DNA from: Octopus sinensis
Lineage: Eukaryota
Assembly: GCF_006345805.1 (NCBI RefSeq)
Contig: NC_043007.1
Span: 76,384,001-76,448,000, forward strand
Direction of reading: 5' to 3'
DNA length: 64,000 nt
The notes under the pieces are model-generated. The model saw nothing but the letters and a program-made list of their open reading frames with translations, made no database searches and had not been told where the DNA came from. Positions within the stretch are counted from its first letter, which is position 1. The number at the start of each line of letters is the position of its first letter. Shown in pieces: positions 40,345 through 52,262 of the stretch. Position numbers and translations under genes: made by a program.

Positions 40345-40402
40345 GTATATATATATATATATATATATGTGTGTGGTGTGTGTGTGTGTGTGTGTGTGTG
40401 TT

Positions 40403-40464
<62 letters not shown>

Positions 40465-40554
40465 TGCAGATAAGATAATACACGTGTAACAATCTCTTCC
40501 TTTTACTTTTTAGCTCATAGATCGCGCGTTCTCACCTCCGCTTAAACTCACCCC

Positions 40555-40590
<36 letters not shown>

Positions 40591-41023
40591 ACACACACAC
40601 ACACCACACACACACACACACTTACAAATCTAATGATATCAAATGGAATTACCCAAAACTGCTAGGATGATATAATGTAAATAAAATTCTAAGTCACGGA
40701 AAGATGAACAGAAGAAAAAAAAAAGCAGTTAGAAATATGATAAAAAAAAATGAAAGAAAAAGGTTTGACGTAGCTTCACTCTCACTTATTTTTCTGTTTT
40801 ACTATTTGTTTACGATAAGTTCATTGAGAGTGTAGTCCTTCAACATTCATAAAGATTATCATATCTAAACCGGAAAATAGCAACACTAAAACTGCTCTCA
40901 CATGTGCGCAGAAAGCGACAAATGGTGGGGGTTAGGTGGGAGCGGTTTTACTACAACTACAACCATTAACAATAATAATAAGCCGCACTCGTCACTCCTC
41001 GTAATGTTCACTAACTTACAATG

Positions 41024-41040
41024 ATTGGCAGGCTTATAAA
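41024..41040 (+). promoter_or_regulatory. Possible core promoter (reverse CCAAT + TATAAA) of the hemopexin-domain gene
   Basis: ATTGG 41024-28 and TATAAA 41035-40, ~300 bp before the ATG; weak evidence in AT-rich DNA. Confidence 0.25.
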
Positions 41041-41345
41041 AAAATAACTACCAATCGTAGTAAGCTGGCAAATACTATAAAATGCAAGCATTCACTTTTT
41101 CAAATTAGTTGCCGTCTAACAAGAAAATACTCATTCACATATCAAGAGACGATAAGGCCTTCCTTAAACGCAAACTTTTAAACACGAACTTTCCTCAAGT
41201 AACAGAAATATTTAAACAGAAAAGAAATTCAGTGATTGTTCACACAGTATCAACTCATTCATTTTAATTTATTACCTAATTGTTAATTACAAAGTAAATA
41301 ACTATTTTTGTCGTAGTGGAGGCAATCGCTGCTGTTATAACAAAT

Positions 41346-41466
41346 ATGAGTGGACAGGTAAATTTGAAGGTCTCAGTTTTGGCTGTGATTATATATTCGA
41401 TGAACTTTTTATTAACTCCAACTTCAAGTGCTGCTATCAAAAAGGAAAACTTAATAGATATACCAG
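41346..41466 (+). CDS. Exon 1, signal-peptide-like N-terminus
   Basis: MSGQVNLKVSVLAVIIYSMNFLLTPTSSAAIKKENLIDIP; CAG/GTTAGT donor; phase fits exon 2. Confidence 0.65.
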
Positions 41467-41615
41467 GTTAGTATATACGTTATTTATTCCTTTCTTTCAC
41501 AGGTTCTGGTCTTTTGGACTACTGTAATGGCTTCCACTCAAGGTGTTCAGTCCGTGATATCACAACCAATTCCATACCTGGCGCTACATACGATTTCTAT
41601 TTATATATATATATA

Positions 41616-41653
<38 letters not shown>

Positions 41654-41749
41654 CTATATATATATTATATATATATATATATAATATATGTGTGTGTGTA
41701 TATATAATATATATATATATTATATATTTAATATATATATTTAATATAT

Positions 41750-41780
<31 letters not shown>

Positions 41781-41787
41781 TATATAT

Positions 41788-41828
<41 letters not shown>

Positions 41829-41903
41829 TATCTATATATATTTAATATATATATTTAATATATATATTATATATATAATTATAATATATATATATATATA
41901 TTA

Positions 41904-41934
<31 letters not shown>

Positions 41935-44775
41935 CATTGCTTTAGTAGTAAACTCGATGCTTGCTACAGGAGGACTGGTAACCATTACAATTTGTAGCGG
42001 CGAAAGGTCTGGACGTTGTTTTCTGAAGCTGACCAAAGAATTTTTATTTTTAATATAAATGATTTACTCAAGTGTCTTTATGTTTTTAGCTTGTGCTTTT
42101 CCATGATCATACGTAGTATTTATTTTATATCCATCGAAATTTCTACTGCGAAGGAATATCTTTTTTTTAAGATTAAGTCCGAATTTGATTCAATATAGAA
42201 TAACGAATTTAATTTTATAAAGGTTAGTGCCCGTTTTCATCAGTTTCATTTCCTGTAACAAGCGGATTTATAGTGGATAACAGTGTATTTGGCTTTAGAT
42301 AACCCTCTTAGCCCTTAATTATATGATATATATATATATATATATATTCTTTTTACACGTTTCCAGTCATTTGTGTGCGGCCATGCTGGGGCAACACTAC
42401 ATTGATGGGTTTTCGTCTAATAATTGACCCCAGTAAGCCTTGTGTACATATTATATCGGTCTCTCTTTTGGTCAAGTGGTGTTGGGGGGATAACGGGGGT
42501 TGGTATATTTACGTCAAAAGAGAGACGATAGAATATGCACAAGGCTTACATGGGGTCATGTATAAATATATATATATATATATACATGTACATGTATACA
42601 CTTATATATACATATAAGTATATTATGCGTGTTTATGGGGCAAGGGAATTTTTAATCAATTTTCTATGTAGGAGGTTGTGCGTGTATTTGTTTGTGTGTG
42701 TGTGTGTGTGCGCGCGCCTGTGTGTAATGTACATAGATATTATACACACACATACACACACACATGTACGTGCGTGTATAAAGCTCTGGCGGGTTTTCCG
42801 TTTACGAATATATTCTTTTCAAAGTCAAGAGGATATGCCTCGAAGGAAACTTAACTCAACTGATGGAGTAATTATGTCAAGGTTTCATCGCTGCTTCAGC
42901 TTCTGTCTGAAATTTGTTTGATGGAGAATAGTCTTTAGTGATGTTCAGTCAACGTTTTTGTCACTCTCCAATTCTTACTGACTCTTACCTTTAAGATGTT
43001 GATACTAAAGTTCTAGGTGCTAATCTCATGCTCAAAATACAATGTGTTCCTTTTTTAAAGACTGTAAGTGTTATTTCTAGCAGGTTAGGCAATGGCTTAG
43101 AGGCTCGTTTATTGGACCGTCACGGATTGTTTCTTTTTTTTTTTTTTGCCAAAAAGATTGGCCGCCGTACTAAATACTCTGTTGTATTTAGTACATTCTG
43201 TATACTTACTTACAATCACACCGTATTCGGTAATATTAGAATTAGTATTATACAAGCAACATACGTTGAACATCTATGTAAACGCGCGCGCGTGTGTTTA
43301 ATTTGTGTTTAATCTGTTCACTGCCGCGAATTCCCCCTTGTTTTTCAAAAATTCCCCCTATATCACAAAATAAGGCGGATGAATGTGCCCTATTTTTCAA
43401 ATCCTGACAACAACACTGAAGCTGGAAGCAGGATAATAATTTAGTTCTACACTTTATCACATTCAAGAATATAAACACGTTTTTAAGCACAATACACGCG
43501 GAGTCAAAAAGAAGCACTATCTTTCACCCAGCACTGTCGTTCACGCAGTGCTCTCTCTCCCTAATGTGAAGCTTCCTGTCTTGGACATGTGAGCATATGT
43601 ACAACAGCCAAACGCCACGTCGCTGGAACTGTGAAGCCCCCAGTTCTATAAAATAATTTTTGTATTTTTTTTTCATAAACTAGGGGATGGCTACTGACAT
43701 CAAGCTTAAGGATTATATAATGTACAAGTATAAAGAAAGAATTAAAGAAAAAAGGACTCATTATATTGAATGTTATCGATAATATTGAGTGGAAGTAGGG
43801 GACGTTGCAGTTCCGCAACTCTTATACACGAGCCGCCACTGGTTCGTATACATATATACTTCGTATAATTTATATTCCATTTCTAAAGTGCAACTTATGT
43901 AACTTTACAGGCAATTAATAGAATAAGATAAACTGTGCATATTTACGCACGTACACACACACACACACACACACGCACGCACACATATCGCATACGTATC
44001 CTGGTCAACACCCGACATAACTATTTCAGATTTTGCCTTCTATAAACACGTTTTTTTTAATATTTTATAGTAGAAAAATATTTCACCGTTGGAGCTGAAA
44101 AAGCTACTTCTCACAAGTTACTTTCACTTTCAAGAAACTAGAAAGTTTCATATATATTTATACATATACATGATGTATGAGTGTCCAACTTTTTCTGAAC
44201 GACCTGCATAAATCATTTGTTTATATATCTATATATGTATATCCATATCCGTTAACGGTTATTTTTATTACTTTTCTCGCTGTATTGCGTGTTCGTTTCT
44301 TTTTCGCATCTGTTATTTTATTATTGTTCATATAGATGAAGATATATCCTTTAATTTGCTGCTTTTCTTTACACGAAAAGAGAAGATACATTGCGAACCT
44401 ATTATTTTAACGTGTTATATCCATTTATCTCCCAAAGAGACACATCTGCACCGTCGGATACCCCGAACCAGCTGTTAAGTATCCCACCTGTGAGGGATCG
44501 ATGCTAGATGTGTCGAAACAATTGTAGAGAATAATAAAAATTCTCGTATTTTCCATCCTCTGTCTTTCACGTTGGATCGTTAGCTCCTACACGCATTTTT
44601 TTCTCTCCTTGTTTCTTTTCTGTGTATCTTTCTGTCGAAGAGCGTAGGCTCGAAACGTAAAAGACTTGTTTTATTTCTATCCTGAGCGCCATACTAATAC
44701 AATTGTTTGTTTGTACTCCACCTGCTTTCGTCTTTTGTTATTTTCGTAACCTTCCCGTTATATATATATATATAG

Positions 44776-44826
<51 letters not shown>

Positions 44827-47222
44827 TTACGTACAACTCAGTTCTATAACATATCATTAAACTTTAATTTTATTATTCCTTTAATGTAATAGCAATAGTA
44901 GGTATGGTATTGCGTAAAGTTTAAAATGACTAAAACAAATGTTAAGAACGGAAATTTAAGAAATGAAAACAAATTATCTCAGTCTTGTTACAAAACTTTA
45001 ATATTTTCTTCATTTCAATCCATGATTTACATTAACATTGCCAACCATATATTAATTGCATAATATTAACTGTAGTTATTAAATTAATTCATTTGATTAT
45101 GTTATGAGAATCGTTTAGTCAGGAATGTTTTCGAGATATGAAAATGTTCCTGATGATACAACACCCACATCACATTCAACAACATTGATTCAAAAACTAC
45201 AGTTAATGTAATTGGTATACGTTTGACAGTGTTATTCTGAGTCATGGGAACTGTTGTACAAAATATTAAAACATTAGTATGCGTATATATGTATATGTAT
45301 GTATGCATACATACATACATACGTACGTATGTATGTATGTATATATAAGCATGTCTATGTAATGTATGTATGTATGTAATGTAATGTATGTATGTATGTA
45401 TGTATATATAAGCATGTCTAGACATGTAAGTATATGCATGGGAATACATAAAACAAAGCACACAAATCTGCACCTATACATACATACAAAAATGTCCTGT
45501 TGATGTTGATGAAATTGCAGTGAAGGAACCTTTGATCTGAGTTAGAAACAGGCCCTGTTTAGAATATAAACGAAAAAACATACATACATAATACATACAT
45601 ACATACATACATACAACATACATACATAACATACATAATACATACATACATACATACATACATACATACATAAATACATAACAACATACATACATTACAT
45701 ACATAACATACATACAGACATACATACATAATACATACATACATACATTACATACATACATAACATACATAAGACATACATACATTAATCATAATACATA
45801 AATACATACATCATACCTACAGACCATATACATTACATACATACATAATAAATACAGTTACATACATACATACATACAGTACATACATACATACATACAT
45901 ACATACTAACATACCTACATACTGATTACATACATACATACATACATACATACGTAAATAATACATACATTACATACATAAATACATACTACATACATTA
46001 ATAAATACATACATGAATACATACATCATACATACATACATACATACATACATACATACATACATACATACATACATACCATACATACATACAACATACA
46101 TAAGACTACATACATACATACATTACATACATACAACAACATAAATAATACATACATACATACATACATACAGACATACATACATAAATACATACATACA
46201 TACATACAACATAACATACATAATAATACATACAACATACATACAAGTTGCACTCACAATCCCCAGAATTGAAGATGTAAATATAGCTGAAAGTGGATTA
46301 TTCCAATCTTATTTACTTTTTTTTTTTTTTTACAGAAAATTTTAAAATGGATTATTCCATATTCTGCAATTATACAGAATTCAGTGCCGCATTCCTAGGT
46401 AAGTAGTTTTCACAAATTTGTCCTGTTTCTTTATTTTTAATGTTTTGTTAAGTATTTATATATTTATATTGTCATATCGTGATTCTGTGTCTAACGTTAT
46501 TTTTCTACAGTTATACCATGATAGAAATATAAGTAAAATAGCTCATAAACTATTACTTTGTACAAATAGTTGCACCCTTATTTCTTATTCAAACAATAAT
46601 AAGTACTGATGAACAGCAACTGTTATGCCCTGAATCCATCATGTCTGCTTCTACCACGAGTACCACCATATTCAGCAAAGAATCATGAAATAGTTACTTG
46701 ACCTGCTAGAAATAGCAGCTAAATTCAGGATTTTCTAATTACTTAAATGGAGTTACAATTAGCAGTATATTTTTGCTACCATGGGTAACATTAAAAAATA
46801 TGACATGCATATAACAATTAGTTTGATTCTTTTTTTTTTTTGTGATTATACACTATGAAATTAATGCTAATTTTGAAAAGAAAAATATTTATTATCTTAG
46901 AATTAGATAAGGTAGTAGAATTGTTAGCATGCTTGACGAAATGCTTAGTGGCATTTCGTCCATCACTACATTGTGAGTTCAAATTCTGCCGAGGTCGACT
47001 TTGCCTTTCATCCTTTCAGGGTCAATAAATTAAGTGCCAGTGAAACACTAGCGTCCATCTAATCAACTAGTCCTCTCCCACAAAATTCCAGGCCTTGTGC
47101 CTTTAGAAGAAAGGATTCTTCTTCTTCTTCTTCTTCTTCTTCTTCTTCTTCTTCTTCTTTTTCTTCTTCTTCATCATCAATTATTATTATTATTATTATT
47201 ATTATTGTTGTTTTTATTATTA

Positions 47223-47263
<41 letters not shown>

Positions 47264-48289
47264 CCATTGTCTCTATTAATATTATTGTTATTTATAATTT
47301 CAGGTCCAGGATATAGTCAGTACTTCTTTTCAAAGAATATATATGAAGTAAAAGGTTCTAGAATTAATAAATTTTCAAGGAATGACCTTTTCCCTCATTG
47401 CCCATATTATGTAGATGCTATGGTTTATTCAGAAACCACAAAGAAAGCATATATTTTTAAAGGTAAGAAAGTTTTCATTTTTTGTTGTTTTTTAATTCTT
47501 AAAACAAAACCCTATCACTTACTCTGTTGGCCTCTTTTCGCTAATCTATTAAGTCGCAAGTGGACAGACACAGACACAAAGACATGTTTATACATACACA
47601 TACACACTTACATATATGTGTGTGCATGTATGTGATGAGTTTCTATGTAGTTTTCTTCTACCAAATTCACTTTCAAGGCATTGATTGGCTTCGGGCTATA
47701 GCAGAAGATACTTGCCCAAGGTGCTACACAATAGGACTGAACCCAAAACCTGATGGTTGTAAAGCAAACTTCTTAACCACACAGCCAAGTCTGCTCCTAT
47801 AACCATGTTTATTGCATAGATTTCGCAACTGTTGCTATGTTAGCACCAGTCATGTATTAAAAGGTTGTTACAATACAGCTGCAGTTTGCTATATATTCTG
47901 ATTAACAAAAATCAAAATTAAAATAGTAAAGAAAAACACTTGAGAAGCACCCTTAAACTTTTAATTTAAAAAATAGCTGATAATTTTCTAAAAATTTGTG
48001 TTGGATATTAAAGACTGAAATGTATTCGTAAAATATTATTTTAGCATTTTTAAAACAATTAACAACATATTGATTTCTTTTCTTCACAGGACATGAAGTG
48101 TTTATCTATCTTTATCAAAATATGAAATTTCACTTCCTCAAGCGCAAAATATTTGGAAGAGGTTTCCCTAACATTCCAGAAGCTGCTTTTACTTATAAGG
48201 GAAATATATATATCTTAAAAGTGAGTATATATTTTCTGCATCACAGGCACTCATAAAAAGTTACATGTGCATAGAGATGTATGTATGTA

Positions 48290-48366
<77 letters not shown>

Positions 48367-49680
48367 CTGTGTGTGTATCTGTATATATATATTATCAATA
48401 ATAATAAAGGGTAATTAATTAATCAATTAATAATTAATAATTTTACCAAGTAGTTCGGTATGTTAAAAGAACCATCATTTGTAATCATATACAAAAATTC
48501 TATAACTATGAGCATAATTATAATTAGGGTTCAGCAAAATTTGCTTCACCACATACCGAAATTTAGAAATATCAGTTAAAATACTATTCTACTACAATAA
48601 GATATCTCCCAGACAGGAATACTCTACAACTCACACATTTTGTATATATATATATATATAATAGTGTACAAACAATTAAGTATTTATACACAAAAGGAGT
48701 GACCTTTGGCAGGACACCTTACATGCTAGAAAGGGCATGGATTTGAAAATATACTGTATAACTATGCAGCATGTGTATTTTCGGTACGTATTAGCTACAT
48801 AATTATGCATCAATTTTAGCGAAGTCACTGATGAAGTACAGATGACAAATTAATTTATTTTCTCATTAATACAGAAACTCGAGTTTGTGGTTAACAATGA
48901 AAATATTGTTTATTTTCATTCTCTTTAAAATTGCTTTTATTCGTGGTTTGGATTTTGACTGCCCTTTCTAGTACATAAGGTGTCCTGTCAAAGTCACCTC
49001 TTTCAAGTATAAATATGTAATTGTTTGTACACTATTATATATGAAAATATGTTGTCTATTGACTTTATTAAACATTCTAGCCATCGGTATAAAAATTTTT
49101 CTACACTAATTATATATAATATTATATTAAGTTATATTATATTATATTATAACCAAATTTTTTATTTTGAAATTATTATCAAATGTATAACTGTAAAATG
49201 TTCTAAGAACGCCTCTTGTGATCTTTCAGGATAAATTTTTATATCTATGGAGTGAAGAAAGGAACACACTTGTTACTGACCATGTTTTTCCTATATCAGC
49301 ATTATGGAAAAATATTCCAAGTGAAATAGATGCAGTTTTTGAATCAAGAAATTCCAACTATATATATTTCTGGAAATGGAACATGCGTCACATGGTGTAA
49401 GTTTAAAAAAACATTTTATATGCATTGTCTTTTGTTTTTTTGTTTTTCTGCTTTTATTGTTTTGTACTCAGTTATTTACCCTAGGTAAGATATATATATG
49501 TATATCTGTAAATATAATATGTGACAATTGTTCGGTAGCCATGATAAAACTCTGACATCTGAAACTCGGAGTTTTATCATGGCTACCAAATAATTGTCAC
49601 ATATTATATTTACAGATAAATTCCTCTATTTACATAATATCGAGGTCTCTTTCATTCTTTTGTTGTCTTACCATTTCTTT

Positions 49681-49718
<38 letters not shown>

Positions 49719-50961
49719 TATCATATATTATATGACATTATATCATATCTCATATCATTATACTATATTATAATATACAATATTACATGACATTTTATCA
49801 TATTATATTATACTATATTATACTGTTGGAGGATATGTTTTTATATCTTGATGTATGCTCCTCTCATTGTTATCCACTCAAATGTGAGGGAGTGACTATA
49901 ATACGTATGTATGTATGTATGTATGTATGTATAAGCACAAGTGCCTTATTGCTTTGACAACATTTGAAATCATTCTCATGTTGTTTGTAGTTTAACAATG
50001 TAACTTTACATCCGTTTTACTTTTGTTGATTTTCTTGATGATAAGAGAAAATTGGTTTACAATAAACTAACTTGACATCAATGATCCTTAACTGGCTTTA
50101 AGATTAGAAATGAAAGAATAACTTGGATTTAGTATTTTTGTTATCATTGAAATGTCATATCTCATCTTGAAGAAACTTTCAAAATACTTTTTCCATTCGA
50201 TATAATACAACTTCCTGGATTATGTTATATAATATGTTCCCTCTTTGTATTGATGAGCAGAAATTCAAGCTTCATCAACTGTACTTGTCAATCCAACAAA
50301 GGAATCTTTTTAAGTAGATATTTAAGCTGCTAGAAATACCAGACAAATTTCCCTTACATCACATTCTATAATTATGAAAAAAAAGGACACACTTATTTGT
50401 GAAGTTTAAGATATCCTATGTCTGAATGAAAAATACTATATCCATCACTAAAATTCATTTGATTATAGATCCGATACATCAGGCTTTGTGTCTGCTAAAC
50501 AATAGCAAGCCACAAAAGACTTGCAGGAGCTAGCAACCAAGTTTCTCTCAAATCACTTTTCGCTGTCTTAAAAAAAGAAAAGATATGTTAGATAATATAC
50601 TAATAAAGTCCTAAATACAAGTGTTTTTAAAGAAAAGATGTTCAAAACTGTAAGAACTTTGATTTTACACTTGTTTAATCAGAGTTGATCTGCTACTAAC
50701 CGACAATTACTGGGAGAAAAAAGTGCATAGATGATGTAGCCCCAGATACACTATTTCTAAAAAGAAAAAAAAACTAGAGTCTAAATAACAATAATAGCAC
50801 TAAGATTTAAATTTAAAAACAAATAAATAATTAGTATTATTTAATATTTTTACTTATTTTTCTTAATTTCTTATTCCAGATATTATCAAGTAGATAACAG
50901 CCAAGGTGGAGTTATCAAGTCAGGAAGCTTCAAGTCTTTCTTTGGATTTTGTTCTGTATAA
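41346..50961 (+). CDS. Secreted hemopexin-repeat protein (MMP/hemopexin-like PEX domain only), 6 exons, 240 aa
   Basis: join(41346-41466,46336-46398,47304-47462,48090-48220,49230-49396,50880-50961)=723 nt, all GT-AG, intron phases 1,1,1,0,2 keep one open frame; four blades FSAAF/VDAMV/PEAAF/IDAVF each followed by a Y(I/F)(F/L)-type strand; Cys at both domain ends; AATAAA at 51105. Confidence 0.85.
44627..44664 (+). ncRNA. Minimal hammerhead motif, A6U variant (in repeat ~44570-44760), sense strand of intron 1
   Basis: TCTTT-CTGTCGA-A-GAGC GTAG GCTC-GAAA-CG-TA-AAAGA. Confidence 0.62.
45474..46250. repeat. Long degenerate (TACA)n microsatellite
   Basis: Indel-riddled ATAC array; may include read errors. 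Confidence 0.85.
46336..46398 (+). CDS. Exon 2, start of hemopexin domain
   Basis: poly-T-ACAG acceptor; ENFKMDYSIFCNYTEFSAAFL; G/GTAAGT donor. Confidence 0.82.
   Translation, partial: KILKWIIPYSAIIQNSVPHS
47304..47462 (+). CDS. Exon 3, hemopexin repeats
   Basis: TTTCAG acceptor; GPGYSQYFFS...PYYVDAMVYSETTKKAYIFKG; AG/GTAAGA donor. Confidence 0.9.
47505..47800 (-). mobile_element. Diverged CORE-type SINE in intron 3
   Basis: AGAAGATACTTGCCCAAGGTGC..CTTCTTAACCACACAGCC. Confidence 0.7.
48090..48220 (+). CDS. Exon 4, hemopexin repeats
   Basis: TTCACAG acceptor; HEVFIYLY...GFPNIPEAAFTYKGNIYILK; GTGAGT donor. Confidence 0.88.
48821..48892 (+). ncRNA. Hammerhead-like motif, sense strand of intron 4
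   Basis: CA-CTGATGA-AGTA...TACA-GAAA-CTCGAG-TT-TG; palindromic ACTCGAGT stem III; stem I weak. Confidence 0.45.
49230..49396 (+). CDS. Exon 5, hemopexin repeats
   Basis: TTTCAG acceptor; DKFLYLW...FPISALWKNIPSEIDAVF...YIYFWK; GTAAGT donor. Confidence 0.9.
49503..49618. repeat. Fold-back inverted repeat, 53-bp arms, 10-nt loop
   Basis: 49503-49555 pairs with 49566-49618 with about three mismatches or wobbles. Confidence 0.9.
50880..50961 (+). CDS. Exon 6, end of hemopexin domain and stop
   Basis: Pyrimidine tract + CCAG; YYQVDNSQGGVIKSGSFKSFFGFCSV-TAA. Confidence 0.82.
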
Positions 50962-52209
50962 AGTAATGATTGCCAAAATAAGATTATATTTTTGTCACAA
51001 AATCAACATTATCATAACCATTGGTTAATATGTTTGTGAGCCTAAATCTTTGTTACCATTCATGAGATTATTTTTGTAATATACTCTTTTTTTCTTTTTA
51101 ACACAATAAAATAAATAGGTCTTTTATTTTATTGTGTAAATGTACATTTTTGGTTGTACTGCAATTTAAATGCCATCAACCTAAAACAATATTTTGAAAA
51201 GAGAAACTTTGAAATTTTTCTCACAAGCCTTGGCCAACAATGACAATAAAGGAGGGACCACAAAAATAGATTTTAGATGCTCTGGTTGCTAGAGCAACTT
51301 TGTATATTTATAAGTATTTCAATATATTTATAAACATTTCAAAGCTAAATCTGTCACTGCTGGTACACTAAATTCTTAAACAGAGCAGCTGGTCTCGACA
51401 TAACTTGGATATTTCCTCCTTGGCTCAATGGAGTGTACCACAAGTAAAAACTGACAGCAGTACAATGCTTCATTAAGCTTGTGTGTTGCTACAAGAGTAT
51501 ATAGAGTGGTGGAGGAAGGAAAAGTATCCTTGTCTTCATTATATAAGTTTACTAAATGTGAACTATTCAATAACTTTGGAAATGGGTTGTACCAACTAAA
51601 GTCTTTTAGTTTTATGAAGATATTGCCAAGAGGAATATGAAGTAATTATTCATGTGGTGAAGTTTGTCAAAAAAGTTATTTATTTACAAAAGAAAAAAAT
51701 GAAATTTATTTAATTTTTTTATCTTTTATCTATATTATTGAAATTCTTTTAAAGTCCAATAATTTAAGTTTGCATGATTTTTTAATTGTTGTAAATTGTG
51801 TTCATGTCAAGAAAAAAGAAACAAAAATGTGATAACATATACATAAAAGTGTATGTATATATTATTGATTTAATTTAATTTTATATGATTTATTTATAAT
51901 ATCAAGCTTTTTTTTTTAATTTGATGTATCATATTTGTATGATATTTTTTAAAGAATGCATACTTTTGCTCAGGAGAGGAAGAATTAAGCGATTCAAAAG
52001 TTGTGATAGCATGCATGTATGTGTATAAGTAACTACATGTTTGCATGTATAATATATACAGTGTGATTATAACTGAATTGAAAGAAGCTTTTAAGTCACT
52101 GTTAATATTCTTGTCTAAGAATAATAAATATACATTTGTATATGTGTATGTGTATGTGTATGTGTATGTGTGTGTGTGTGTGTACATATATATATATATA
52201 CCTATATAT

Positions 52210-52262
<53 letters not shown>

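Noticed and set aside
47222-47635. 137-aa ORF with a hydrophobic N-terminus as a single-exon membrane protein
   Set aside because: N-terminus is (GTA)n microsatellite in intron 2; only 47304-47462 is a real exon
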